Assembly (NCBI GenBank): GCA_963832165.1
Contig: CAWHTE010000011.1
Span: forward strand, 160,001-224,000
Length of the DNA stretch: 64,000 nucleotides
Reading direction: 5' to 3'
DNA from: an uncultured delta proteobacterium
Lineage (GTDB): Bacteria; Myxococcota_A; UBA9160; SMWR01
Under the pieces are notes generated by a model. The model did no database searches, had not been told where the DNA came from, and saw only the letters and a program-made list of their open reading frames with translations. Below are positions 40,041-50,824 of this stretch, piece by piece. Position numbers and translations under genes: made by a program. How positions within the stretch are numbered: position 1 is the first letter of the stretch; the number at the start of each line of letters is the position of its first letter.

Positions 40041-40423
40041 GCGACGACGACCGCCGGATGCTGCTCGGCCTGTACGGCACGAGCGCGCTCAAGATCGCGG
40101 CCGAGATGAAGGTGCTGCTGGGTGCGTGGCAAGGAACGGGCGACGCCGGGGCGACTCTGCTCGCGCGCGCGCACCGATTGCGCGGCGATTCGACGACGGC
40201 CGAGCTCCACTCGACCGTCGAGCTCCTGCGCGCGTTCGAGACCGTGTTGCGCGCGATCTGCAGCGGTGAGATCGCAGCGACGCCCGCGCGCGGCGCGCTG
40301 CTCGAGGCCGCTATCGATCGGGTTGCCGACGTCGCGGCGCGTGCAGTCGATGGCGAGTGCGAGGAGCCCGGTGAGCACAAGGAGCTCATCGAGCGCCTGA
40401 GTCTCGCGCTTACAGCTTCATGA
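40034..40423 (+). CDS. Stand-alone Hpt-like protein
   Basis: ARAHRLRGDS resembles the Hpt AHxLKGSS motif; helical; overlaps the upstream regulator. Confidence 0.6.
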   Translation: MLSDDDRRMLLGLYGTSALKIAAEMKVLLGAWQGTGDAGATLLARAHRLRGDSTTAELHSTVELLRAFETVLRAICSGEIAATPARGALLEAAIDRVADVAARAVDGECEEPGEHKELIERLSLALTAS

Positions 40424-40856
40424 AGTCGGGTGTATTGAACACCCAGCTCTTCTCCTCGACGCGCCGCCGGATCCGCCAGCCCGCATTGGTGCGCACGTAC
40501 TCGTCCACGTACCAGAGCCCGAGCATGAACACCTGAGATCCGCCGCCCGGTAGCGGCATCTCCTGCGGGTTGAAGCACATCACGCGCCCGGTCGCGTGGT
40601 CGCCGTCGACCGCGATCTGCGCGTTCGCGTTCGAATGTTGCGTGTTCGGGAACATCGGCATCGCCTTCTTCAGGAACGCGATCGTGTGGTCGCGATTCCC
40701 CACCGAACCACCGAACACGCTGTAGTCGATGTGCGCGTCCTCCGCGAACACGTCGTAGAGCTCGTCGAAGCGCTTGCCGTCGATCACCTCGGCGTAGCGG
40801 TAGAGCAGATCCTGGATCTCCATGCGATCGGAGATTTCCTGCAGCGAGAGCGTCAT
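40410..40856 (-). CDS. SnoaL-like/NTF2 family protein
   Basis: ISDRMEIQDLLYRYA..D, WYVDEYVRT..GWRI..R. Confidence 0.85.
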   Translation of the reverse strand: MTLSLQEISDRMEIQDLLYRYAEVIDGKRFDELYDVFAEDAHIDYSVFGGSVGNRDHTIAFLKKAMPMFPNTQHSNANAQIAVDGDHATGRVMCFNPQEMPLPGGGSQVFMLGLWYVDEYVRTNAGWRIRRRVEEKSWVFNTPDFMKL

Positions 40857-40940
40857 CACGGCCTCCGTTCTGCGCGTAAGGTTGCCGCGTCGCCCGAGCG
40901 CGGGCTACTACTGGTGAATGACACGCGATGGGGGTTCGAG

Positions 40941-41339
40941 ATGAAGCGCTTGTTGCTCGTTGCAGTCTTTGCAGTCGCCGCACCGGCATTCGCCGGGGCG
41001 GAGGCCGGTGTTTCGATCCAGGTCGGCCACCCCGGCTTCCACGGCCGCATCGACATCGGCGGCTTTCCGGAGCCTCGGCTGGTCTTCCCGGAGCCCGTGA
41101 TCATCGATCACGTACACGTCGTCGGGGGACCGCCAATCTACTTGCACGTGCCTCCGGGCCACGCGAAGGACTGGGGCAAGCACTGCGCCCACTACGACGC
41201 CTGTGGCCACCGGGTCTTCTTCGTGCAGGACAGCTGGTACGACGAGGTCTACGTCCCGGGCTACCAGAAACGCCACGGCGGCGGTGGTGGCCAGAGCAAG
41301 GGACCCGGCAAGGGCCACGGCAAGGGGCACAAGAAGTAG
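40941..41339 (+). CDS. Secreted hypothetical protein with PPGHAK motif and Gly/Lys/His tail
   Basis: Signal peptide MKRLLLVAVFAVAAPAFA; YLHVPPGHAKDWGKHC..Y.ACG. Confidence 0.75.
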   Translation: MKRLLLVAVFAVAAPAFAGAEAGVSIQVGHPGFHGRIDIGGFPEPRLVFPEPVIIDHVHVVGGPPIYLHVPPGHAKDWGKHCAHYDACGHRVFFVQDSWYDEVYVPGYQKRHGGGGGQSKGPGKGHGKGHKK

Positions 41340-41352
41340 GTGACGTCGCTGG

Positions 41353-42498
41353 TTAGTTGCCGGCTGCGAGGAAGCTCGCCTCCGGGAAATCCAGGGCCAG
41401 CGTCTCGCTCAGGAACGCGTCGTGCGCGGTCCGCGTGGCGGCGTCCTGCGCGAAGCGGCTCTCGAAGAACGCGAGCGCGGCGAGACGCGTGATCATGAGC
41501 TGCCGGCCGGCGGCGAGCGCCGAGCCCGGAGCGCCGTTGCTGCACGGCAGCAGCGCGTTCGGATCGAAGAGAACGCCCTCGGCCACACCGCCCAGCTTTT
41601 CGAACGGGTTCTCGAGCGGGAGCTGGAGGTTTCGCGTCAGCGCATAGCAGCCGATCCCGTCGGGATTCGCGAGCAGCCGCATCGGGAACATGTCCGCGAA
41701 CGCGGCAAAGCCCGCGTGGCTGGCGCCCTCGATCGAGACGAGACCGCCGGTCCGCAGCTTCCGCGGTGTCGGAGCGGCGTTCGCCTCGTAGGCGATCATC
41801 GCATCGCTCGTACCCGCGATCATGAGAAACGGGATGTCCGCGCTGGCGAAGAAGGCGGGCGAGAACATCACGGCGGGACCGGCGATCGAGATGGCGGCCG
41901 CGATGCGCGGGTCGCGCATCAGTGGATGGAACGCCGCGAGCGTCGTGGTGAGACCGCCGAGCGAGAGCCCGACCGCGCCGATGCGTTCGCGATCGATCTC
42001 GCCCTCGAATGGACGCTCGCCGGCCTTCCACGCGAGCACCGAGTCGATCACGAAGCGGACGTCGCCGGGCTGGTTCAGGGCGTCGCGCACGTTCGGGCCG
42101 CCGGGCGCGGCGAAATTCGTGAGCGGGTAGTCGACAGAGACCACCACGTAGCCGTGGCTCGCGAGCAGCGCCGCGAGTGGCGCGTTCTCGCTGCGCATCG
42201 ACATGAAGCCGTGGCTGTAGACCAGGAGCGGGTGCGCGTCCGAGGCGCCTTCGGGGTACCAGAGCGTCGCGGAGAGCGTTCGCTCGGGCGAGCCCGCGAA
42301 GTCGCCATTCGCGTCCGTCGGCCGCGAGTCGTCGACGAATACGGTGTCGAATATGGCGACGCGGTGCGGTCCCGACGCCAGGCGTCTCGCGCTCTCGCTG
42401 TCCGCCGCGGGAAGCACTGCCGCCTTCCACGCGAAGGCGACGGCGAGTGAGGCCGCAAGGACGACGACGATGCCGAAGATCCAACGCAGTGCCTTCAT
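41353..42498 (-). CDS. Alpha/beta hydrolase (PAF-acetylhydrolase/chlorophyllase-like)
   Basis: N-terminal TM, VYSHG, LASHGYVV, GLSLGG, GTSD, GASH. Confidence 0.82.
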   Translation of the reverse strand: MKALRWIFGIVVVLAASLAVAFAWKAAVLPAADSESARRLASGPHRVAIFDTVFVDDSRPTDANGDFAGSPERTLSATLWYPEGASDAHPLLVYSHGFMSMRSENAPLAALLASHGYVVVSVDYPLTNFAAPGGPNVRDALNQPGDVRFVIDSVLAWKAGERPFEGEIDRERIGAVGLSLGGLTTTLAAFHPLMRDPRIAAAISIAGPAVMFSPAFFASADIPFLMIAGTSDAMIAYEANAAPTPRKLRTGGLVSIEGASHAGFAAFADMFPMRLLANPDGIGCYALTRNLQLPLENPFEKLGGVAEGVLFDPNALLPCSNGAPGSALAAGRQLMITRLAALAFFESRFAQDAATRTAHDAFLSETLALDFPEASFLAAGN

Positions 42499-42507
42499 GG
42501 CATGATC

Positions 42508-43890
42508 CTAGATCAACCCCGCCCGCCGCTGCAGCTCTGCGAGCGCGATCGGAATCCCCTCCGCGAGTTGCCACGGGTCCGGGACCAGCTCGGGATCGAC
42601 GGTGAAGCCGAAGTCGATGTGGCCGCGGTAGCTGATCACGGTGACGTTGACCCCGTTGCTCGGCGCGAGGATCGAGATCGGATACATGCACTCGATGCGG
42701 GCGCCTGCGACGTAGAGCGGCATGGGCGGGCCCGGCACGTTCGAGACCATCAGGTTGCCGGGCGCAGGAATGTTCGCGGCGTTGAGCGCCCGCCAGGCCA
42801 GGTTGATCAGGCGCGGCGGCGCCGTGTCGCCGATCGCCTGGATTTCGTTCGCGCGGAGCGCCTTCTCCATCTCCTTTGCCTTGCTGACGTTCTTGTGGAT
42901 CTGGAGCAGGCGCTTCACGGGATCCTCGAGGTGGGTCGCCCACGGCACGAACATCGTGCTCACTTGATTGCCCAGCGATGCATCTCCCTCGGCACGCGTC
43001 GACACTGCGATCGCCACGACCAGCGACTCGCGCGGGAGCTCGTTGCGGGCCTTCAGGTAGCGGCGCACGGCCGACCCCGTGAGCTCGAGGACCACGTCGT
43101 TCAACTTCACGTCGAAGTGCTTCTTCACGTCCTTCACGTCGCTGAGCGGCACCGACGCGCACGCAAGGCGCCGGCGCGGGCCGATCGGAGCGTTGAAGCT
43201 CACCTGGGGCACGCTCCCGAACGTGGGTCCCTCGGATGCGCGCAGATAGGGCAGCATCGTGCCGAGCTGTCGCGCCATCTGGAAGCCATAGCGGGTCATC
43301 CGCGAAGGCGTGATCATCGCATTGAGAAGCCCGCGCGCGGCGAGGACCCAATCGCCCGGGTCCTGCGCAGGCGACTGTTTGGGCGGCTTCGGCGCAGGCT
43401 CTCGCGGCGGCGGATCGCGCTGGACGTCGAACAGCAGCTCGCCGAGACCGATCCCGGAAGCCCCGTCGATCAGGCAGTGATGGGTCTTCACGAAGACCGC
43501 GACCTTGCCGCCTTCGACCCCCTCGATGAACCACATCTCCCAGAGCGGCTTGCGGCGGTCGAGGTGCTGCGCGTAGAGGTGGCCGGTGAGCTCTCCGAGC
43601 TCGTGCATGCTGCCCGGGGAAGGCACCGCGATGCGATGGATGTGATTGTCGACGTCGAAGTGGGGATCGTCCACGAGATACGGGCGATCGAGGTCGAAGG
43701 GCACGCGGCGCAGCCGCTGCGTGAAGCGGGGGATCTCCCGGACGCGCTCGTTCGCGACCTCGCGGACCCGGGCGAAGCTGAAGCGCGGGGCCCCGCTCGG
43801 ATCGAGCACGGTGAGAGCGCCGACGTGGGCGTAGACCGTGTCGGTGTCCATCGAGAGGAAAACGGCGTCACTGCCCGGAAGCTGTTCCAC
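42508..43890 (-). CDS. Wax ester synthase/diacylglycerol acyltransferase (WS/DGAT)
   Basis: DAVFL, LDRRKPLWE, HHCLIDG, NDVVL, SNVPGP. Confidence 0.93.
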   Translation of the reverse strand: MEQLPGSDAVFLSMDTDTVYAHVGALTVLDPSGAPRFSFARVREVANERVREIPRFTQRLRRVPFDLDRPYLVDDPHFDVDNHIHRIAVPSPGSMHELGELTGHLYAQHLDRRKPLWEMWFIEGVEGGKVAVFVKTHHCLIDGASGIGLGELLFDVQRDPPPREPAPKPPKQSPAQDPGDWVLAARGLLNAMITPSRMTRYGFQMARQLGTMLPYLRASEGPTFGSVPQVSFNAPIGPRRRLACASVPLSDVKDVKKHFDVKLNDVVLELTGSAVRRYLKARNELPRESLVVAIAVSTRAEGDASLGNQVSTMFVPWATHLEDPVKRLLQIHKNVSKAKEMEKALRANEIQAIGDTAPPRLINLAWRALNAANIPAPGNLMVSNVPGPPMPLYVAGARIECMYPISILAPSNGVNVTVISYRGHIDFGFTVDPELVPDPWQLAEGIPIALAELQRRAGLI

Positions 43891-43907
43891 GTGCCCTCCG
43901 AAATTGG

Positions 43908-45008
43908 CTAACGCGCGCCCGCGTCCAATCCCATCTTCTCGCCGAGCTTGCGGCGGTAGTCGATCATCAGCTCGTCGAGCGGCGCGCCCATCGCATCGGC
44001 GACGCGGTCGTTCAGGTGGAACATCGCGAGCACCGCGCCGGCCTCCACGAGCAGGCCCGGGCCTGCGGCTGCGACGAGCCGCTCGCGAGCGGGTGCCGGG
44101 TCGGCGCTCTCGTCGATCACCGCGTCGACGAGCTCGATCAGGAGCTTGCCGTGCTCGACGCCGCCGTCGCTCGCGTGCTCGCTCGTGATCGCGGTGATGT
44201 CGGCGTCGCCGCCAGTCTTCTTGCTGCTCGCACGGAGCATCATTGCGTGCGAAGTCGTTCAATAGAAGCAGTCGTTCTTCGCCGACGTGCGCGAAGCGAC
44301 CAGCTCCATCTGACTGCGGCTGATCGGGCGACCGCGCGGCTCCCAGTCGGTCGCCACCTGCTCGTACTTCATGTAGTGCGCGACCATGAGGTCTCTTGCC
44401 GAGCGCACTGCGTCGGGAACGAGCGAGAGTCCGCGACCGACGTTGGGGATGAACGGCGCCACATCGTAGAGCCCGAGCTCCTGGCCGACTGCGTAGGGAA
44501 TCGTCGGGACGAAGTAGCCCTCGTCGACTGCCTCGCTCGGCCGCTCGCGCGACGGCTCGCCCGCGACCGGCTCGGGCAGGGGTGACGCGTCGGCCCCGAT
44601 CGCGCGCGCAAAGCCGTCGACGAGCATCACCGTGCAGACCACGCTCACGAGCTCCACGAGCTGTCCGTCGCTGACGCCGGCCGCCATCACCTCGTCCGCC
44701 CAGCGGCGGGAGAGGCGACCCGGGTCGCGGACGACGCGATGGACCGCGTCGACGATCGCGGGCGGGAGATCCGTCGCCGCGTCGTGCGGGGCGTTCACTG
44801 CGTACGGCGAGAGCGCCGCCTTGCGCTCGGCGCAGCCCGGGCAGCGGCGTGCCGCGCGTACCTCGCGCGCGATCGCCACGCGTTCCGCGCCCGTCCACCA
44901 GGTGCCCGGGGCCCCGAGCGAATGCCAGGCGCGGCTCTGCGCGGCGGCGATGTCGGGTCGCACCGCGATGCCGGTGCTCCGATAGTCGATCGCCGTCGAG
45001 GAAGTCAC
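43908..45008 (-). CDS. AhpD/alkylhydroperoxidase-related protein, probable selenoprotein (in-frame TGA at 44261-44259, CFYU)
   Basis: ...MELVASRTSAKNDCFY*TTSHAMMLRAS... is continuous in frame; hairpin immediately 3' of the TGA. Confidence 0.8.
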
Positions 45009-45032
45009 GTCCGCATGATAACGTCGATCGCC

Positions 45033-46046
45033 ATGCCCGAATACTGGATGCTCACCTGGCCGATCGCAGGGCGCACCGCGAACGTCGCCAGGCTCGCCGA
45101 GGCGACCGGCTGGGACGGCCTGCTCGTCACCGACACGCAATGCCTCGCGGCCGAGGCGTTCGTGCAGCTGTCGCTGTGCGTTGCGGCGACGCAGCGGATC
45201 CGGCTCGGGACGGGTGTGACGAATCCCGTGACGCGCGATGTCGCGCTGCTGGCCTCCGGGTTCAACACGCTGCAGCAGGAATCGGGCGGGCGCATGTGGC
45301 TCGGGATCGGGCGCGGCGACTCGTCGCTGGCCCACATCGGCAAGAAGGCCGCGCCGCTCTCAGCGCTCGAGACCTTCGTGATCCGTCTCCAGAGCTACCT
45401 GCGCGGCGAGGTCGTCGATCGCGATGGCTTCGCGAGCCGGCTCGTCACGAGCGCGGCCGATCAGCCCAAGGTGCCTGTCGACATCGCGGGCACGGGACCT
45501 CGCGTGATTGCGATGGCGGCGCGGCACGCGGAGGGATTGACGCTCGGCGTCGGCGCCAATCCCGAGCGCATCGCCGCGAAGGTGCGCGAGACCGAGGCTG
45601 GGCTCGCCGCGGCGGGGCGCGCGCGCGCGGAATTCACGATCAGCGCGTACGTGAACACCGGAGTCGACGATCGCATCGAGGTCGCGCGCGAAGTCGTGCG
45701 CGGCGGCGTGTCGGTGACCGCGCGCTTCTCCGGCATGCACGGCGGATCGGGCGGCGACGGTCTCACGGCGCGTGAGCAAGGTGCGGTGCACGCGCTCGCC
45801 GAGCGCTACGACATGGCGCATCACGGCTCGGCGGCCGCACCGCACGCGCGCGCGCTGCCCGACGAATTCATCGACGGCTTCGCGGCGGTCGGCGACGTCG
45901 CGCGCGTGACCGAACGCCTGCAGGCGATCGCGGCCACGGGCGTCGACCGGATCGTCTTGATCCCGGGATCGCTCGGCGTCGACATGGAGCTCGTGCAGCG
46001 CTCGGTGCTCGCGCTCTCGACGCAGGTCATCCCGAAGCTGCGCTGA
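45033..46046 (+). CDS. LLM-class flavin-dependent oxidoreductase
   Basis: AEATGWD, IRLGTGVTNPVTR, SGGR..LGIGRGDS, GPR. Confidence 0.88.
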   Translation: MPEYWMLTWPIAGRTANVARLAEATGWDGLLVTDTQCLAAEAFVQLSLCVAATQRIRLGTGVTNPVTRDVALLASGFNTLQQESGGRMWLGIGRGDSSLAHIGKKAAPLSALETFVIRLQSYLRGEVVDRDGFASRLVTSAADQPKVPVDIAGTGPRVIAMAARHAEGLTLGVGANPERIAAKVRETEAGLAAAGRARAEFTISAYVNTGVDDRIEVAREVVRGGVSVTARFSGMHGGSGGDGLTAREQGAVHALAERYDMAHHGSAAAPHARALPDEFIDGFAAVGDVARVTERLQAIAATGVDRIVLIPGSLGVDMELVQRSVLALSTQVIPKLR

Positions 46047-48271
46047 TCAGGCCGCCTCGATCCGCACGGGCGTCCCGAATAGCACCGCCGTCCCGCTCGC
46101 CACGTCGTAGGCCTGATCGTCCGTGAGCACGTTCGTGTTCACGCCCGGGTGCGCGTTCGCGACGCGCAGCTGCGATGCGGGGTCGTCGTGGCCCCAGCCG
46201 TGCGGCAGGCTCACCACGCCCGGCATCAGGTCGTCGGTGATCTCGACCGGCGTGACGATCGTGCCCACGCGGCTCGTCACGCGCGCGGATCCGCCGTGCG
46301 CGAGGCCGATCCGGTCGGCGTCCTTCGAGCACACCTGGAGCGTGCAGGTGTCGCGCCCCTTCACGAGCGCGGGCAGGTTGTGCATGAACGAGTTGCTGTA
46401 GCGCATCTGGCGGCGCCCGATCAGCAAGAGCTCGCCCGAGCGGCTCGCGACGCGCGCGCGCAGTCGCGCGATGTCGTCCGTCATCACGCGCGGCGCGAGC
46501 TCGATCGCGCCGCTCTCGGTGCCGATCACCTCGGTCAGGCGCGGCTCGAGCGGGCCGAGGTCGATGCCGGACGGTGCGTCCTTCAGGCGCGCAAGTGTCA
46601 GTCCATCCGGGCGGCGGCCGAAGCCGTCGCCGTGCGGACCCACGCGCAAGAGGAGGTCCACCATGCGCGCAGGCCCGATCCCGCCGTCGACCTTCGCGAG
46701 CACCTCGTCGACCTCGAGGCCTTCCCAGTGCGTGCTCGCGATCGCCTGCGTGGCGTACTGGCGGAACACGAAGTCGTCGACCGCCTGTTCGGGCAGGTGG
46801 CCCAGGCCGAGCAGCCGCGCCGCGATCGCCGAGATCACCTGCCAGCTCTCGGGCCGGTCCGGTGCGGGCGGCACCACGGCCTCCGACCACTTCGCCACGT
46901 TGCGCACCGACAAGAGGTAGAGGCCGAGCTCGTAGCCCACCTGCTCGGAGGGCGCGGGCGTCGGCAGGATCAGGTGCGCGTGGCGCGTGGTCTCGTTGAT
47001 GTAGAAATCGATCGCGACGAGATAGTCGAGATCCGCGAACGCGCGCTCGAGCTGCTCCGAGTTTGCGGCGCTGCGCAGCGGGTTGGTCATGAGCAGGATC
47101 ATCGCGCGCACCTGGCCCTCGCCGGGCGTCAGGATCTCCTCGGCCATCGTCGACGACGGGATCTGGCCTTCCACCTCGGGCTGACCCGAGACGCGGCTCT
47201 TCCAGCGCCCCATCTCGAAGCGGTCCCTCGGCAGCGCGGCTTCGATCGGCGCCGCGGGCGTCGTGAACATCGCGCCGCCCGCGCGGTCGAGATTGCCCGT
47301 GAGCAGGTTCACGAGGTCGACCGCCCAGCTCGCGAGCGTGCCGAACTCCTGCACGCAGGTGCCGAGCCGGCCGTAGCACGCGGCGGATTCCGCAGCCGCG
47401 TGCTCGCGCGCGAGGCGCCGGATCACCGCGGCGGGGATGCCGCAGAAGTCCGCGACCGCTTCGGGCGCGAACTCGCGCGCGATCGCGCGCACGTCGTCCA
47501 GGCCGTTCACGCGGCCCTCGGCCGCGCCCAGCGTCACGAGATTCTCGTCGAATAGCGTGTGCACGAGCGCGAGCAGGAACGCCGCGTCGCTGCCGGGACG
47601 GATGAAGTGGTGCTCGCTCGCGAGCTTCGCGGTCTCGGTGCGGCGCGGGTCCACCACGATCACCACGCCGCCGCGCTCGATCATGCGCTTTCAGGCGACC
47701 CGGGAGCATCGGGCATCGTCATGAGGCTGCCGTGCGAGATCGCGGGGTTCGCGCCGATGATCAGCAGGTGCATCGTGCGGTCGATGTCGGGCACCGGAAC
47801 CGCGAGGGGGAAGTGCCGGCCGAACATGAGCCCGGTCGAGACGATCTTGGGCAGCGTGTCGATCGCGGAGGAGTTGAACAGGCTCTTGCTGCCGAGCGCG
47901 CGCTGGAGCGCGGGGCGATAGGCGAGGGCGCCCAGGTCGTGCACGACCGGGTTGCCCGTGTAGGTGCCGATCGCGTCGTTGCCGTACTGCTCGCGGATCG
48001 CGGTCAGGCGCGTCCCTATCTCTTCATAGGCCTCGGCCCAGGAGATCTGCTGCCAGCCGTCCGCGGTGCGGCGCATCGGATGGGTGAGCCGGTCGGGGTC
48101 GTGGTGGAGCTCCTTGAGGCCGTGCGCCTTGGGGCAGATGAACCCGCGCGAGAACGGGTCGTCCTTGTCGCCGCGCACGCTCGTGATCCGGTCCCCTTCC
48201 ACGGTGATCGCGAGCCCGCAGGTGGATTCGCAGAACGGACAGACGCGATGGGCGGTGCGGCGCTCGGGCAC
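46047..48271 (-). CDS. Molybdopterin-dependent oxidoreductase; frameshifted near 47685-47702
   Basis: CPFCESTCG...CPK Fe-S motif, GANPAISHGS; second part VVDPRRTETA, NETTRHA, SNSFMHN, VSLPHGWGH. Confidence 0.88.
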
Positions 48272-48303
48272 GGGAGTACCTCGCGATGATGGGGTGCGCC
48301 CGA

Positions 48304-49338
48304 TCATCGTCGACGAGATCGGCGGCCCGCGAAAGAGCCAGTTTTTGCCTGGACGGTGGAGCCACTTTTCGCGTACCGCTCCAGCGCGGCCGCGAGCTCG
48401 CGCGACACGGCTTCGCGCAGCGCGGCGGGCTCGAGCACGAGCGCGCCGTCGCCGAACGAGAGGATCCAGGTGCGCAGCTCGTCGATGCCGCCCACCTCCA
48501 TCGCGAGCTCCACGCGGCCGCGCTCCCTGGGCGTGAGCTTCTGGCTCGGATGCCAGGTGCGCTCGGCGACGTAGCCCGCCCAGCGCGGCTCGAACAGGAT
48601 CCGCACGGGCGTCGCGGGCTCCGCGATCACGCCGAACGACGAACCGATGTAGCGCTCGAAGTCGAAGTCGGCGTCGACCGCGAAGCGGCGCGAGGTCGAC
48701 TCGATGTGGGTGATCCGATCGACCGCGAACGTGCGCAGCTCGCCCGACTTGTGATCGTGGCCCACCACGTAGAGGCCGCCGCTGCGGTACCAGACGCGAT
48801 ACGGGTCGAGCGCGCGCGACGACACGGCGCCGGTGCGGCCGGTGCGGTAGCGGATCTTCACGCTGTGCTGCGCGAGCACCGCGTCGTTGAGCGTGCGGAT
48901 CGTCTCGCGCAGGTGTGCGTAGCTCTTGTGCGGACCCGGCAGCACGCGAAACGCGCCGCCGAGCCGCGCGAGATAGTCGGCGAGCTCGGGGCCGAGCCCC
49001 GCGCGGATCTTCGCGAGCGCCGAGCGGATCGAATCGTGGAACACCGTGCCCTCGAGCACGCGCAGCAGGTCCTCGCCGAACGCGAGCGCGAGGATCTCGT
49101 CGGGCGTGAACGGCACGTCGCCGAGCCGGAACGTGTCGAGGAAGCGGTAGAACACGCGCCCGTCGCGCTTCTCGGACACGACGGGGAAGCCCGCGAGCAT
49201 CAGCGCGTCGAGGTCGCGGTAGACCGTGCGGCGCACCACCTCGAGATCGGCCGCGAGATCGTCGAGCGCCACGCCCGCGCGACTCTTTGCGAGCCGCTGG
49301 ATCAGCTGCCACTGGCGCGCGAGCTGTTCGCCTCTCAC
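48304..49338 (-). CDS. HTH-WYL-WCX transcriptional regulator (PafB/C, DriD, YafY-like)
   Basis: RRTVYRDLDAL HTH, R.LDPY, LYVVG, LRTFAVDRI, WILSFGD..VLEP..LR. Confidence 0.92.
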   Translation of the reverse strand: MRGEQLARQWQLIQRLAKSRAGVALDDLAADLEVVRRTVYRDLDALMLAGFPVVSEKRDGRVFYRFLDTFRLGDVPFTPDEILALAFGEDLLRVLEGTVFHDSIRSALAKIRAGLGPELADYLARLGGAFRVLPGPHKSYAHLRETIRTLNDAVLAQHSVKIRYRTGRTGAVSSRALDPYRVWYRSGGLYVVGHDHKSGELRTFAVDRITHIESTSRRFAVDADFDFERYIGSSFGVIAEPATPVRILFEPRWAGYVAERTWHPSQKLTPRERGRVELAMEVGGIDELRTWILSFGDGALVLEPAALREAVSRELAAALERYAKSGSTVQAKTGSFAGRRSRRR

Positions 49339-49817
49339 CGGCCGGGAGGATACGTCACCTCAGACGGCGGGCCGATCGGCGTCTTCGCCTCGACGCGCAT
49401 CACCTCGAACATGATGCCGCCGACCTCGGCGAAGAATGCGCGCACGCCGTCGCGCTCGTTCCAGTCCACGAGCTCCACGTCGGAGCACGGAATGCCGCGC
49501 TCGACGCAGCGCTGGTGCGCGCGCTCGATGTGGCGCGTGCCGACGGCGATGCTCCAGATGTGCGCCTTGGGACCGCGCAGGATCTGGAACTGACGGCTCT
49601 CCGACGATCCCGTGATCAGTCCGCCGCTGCCGTCGTCGCCGCGGCGCTCGATCACGCTCTGCCAGCTGACCGGGTTCGTCTTCACGGGCGGGTAGGTTTG
49701 CGCGCGCTTCGCAGCCGGGATCGTCCAGCCTTCGGGAATCTCCAGCACTTCGCGCAGGAAGCGATCGACCGCCTCGGGCTCCGGAGTGACGATCTTCACG
49801 TGATTGATCCGGTCCAT
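49335..49817 (-). CDS. VOC family protein
   Basis: INHVKIVT, WSIAV, GGIMFEV; coupled to both neighbours. Confidence 0.7.
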   Translation of the reverse strand: MDRINHVKIVTPEPEAVDRFLREVLEIPEGWTIPAAKRAQTYPPVKTNPVSWQSVIERRGDDGSGGLITGSSESRQFQILRGPKAHIWSIAVGTRHIERAHQRCVERGIPCSDVELVDWNERDGVRAFFAEVGGIMFEVMRVEAKTPIGPPSEVTYPPGR

Positions 49818-50824
49818 CAGGCGTCGAGCCCCAGCAGATCGCGCGCGTTGTCGCGCATCATGCGCCGGATGGCGGTGGAAGGAGTGCCCCGCGGAAGGTA
49901 GTCGGGATAGGCGCGCGGCTGCGGAATGCCCTCCGGATGCGGCCAGTCCGAGCCGAACAGCAGGTGCTCGGGCGCGAGCCACTCGAAGAGCTCCTCGTGG
50001 TCCTCCTCGGGGAACGGATTCACGCGCACGTGTGCCTTGAACACGTCGCTCGCGCGGTCCTTGACCACTCCGCCGATCCAGGGCGAGTGGGTGGTGCAGC
50101 TCTTCTGCGCCTTGTCGAGCCGCCGGAGCAGGTAGGGGACCCACGCGCTGCCGCATTCGATCGTCGCGACGCGCAGCGCCGGGAACCGGCCGAAGAGATT
50201 GTCGAAGATCAGCGCGCCGATCGTGTGCATCGTGGGCGCTTCGATGAAGCAGAACGCATTCTGCCAGGCGCTCTGGTGATGGGAGCGCGGGCGAGCGCGC
50301 TGGCCCCACTGCGTCGAGACGAGCTCGTTGTAGCCCGACTCGGCCGCGTGATAGGCGACCGGCACGCGCGCTTCGGCGAGCCGCGCCCACACCGGATCGA
50401 AGATCGGGTCGCCGGGGCTGCGGCCGTTCACGGGGCCCGAGAGCAGGTGCACCATGCGCGCGCCGCGCGCGAGCAGCCGGTCGAGCTCGGCCGCCGCCAG
50501 GCCGACGTCGAGCAGCGAGAGCAGCGGCACGCCGAAGACGCGGCCATCGGCGCCGAAGCCCCAGTCCTCTTCGAGCCAGCGGTTGAATGCCGTGAGCGCG
50601 GCGAAGCTGGCCTCGGCGTCGCCGCGCATCGCGTGCTCGACCGTGACCGCGTAGGTCGGGAACAACAGGATCGATTCGATGCCCTGCTCGTCCATCACGG
50701 CGAGGCGTGCGTCGCGCTGCTGATACTCGGGCCGCATCGGCTTCAAGAACGAAGCGGCGGTGCCCTCGCCGTGCGACGTCATCATCTCCTTGAGATGACC
50801 CGGCGGCGGCACCAGTGACGGCAC
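49817..50824 (-). pseudogene. Amidohydrolase family 2 protein, apparently N-terminally truncated
   Basis: RLAVMDEQGIE...FPT, FNRWL, FGSDWPH; lacks the N-terminal DxxxH metal motif and has no upstream space. Confidence 0.7.

Noticed and set aside
47681..47705. TGA in the molybdoenzyme as selenocysteine
   Set aside because: The downstream part is in another frame; correcting two single-base indels gives the expected DAPGRLKAMIERGG.
48304..49338. WYL gene as marker of an anti-phage defence island
   Set aside because: Neighbours are metabolic genes; no BREX, CBASS, RM or Cas genes in the window.
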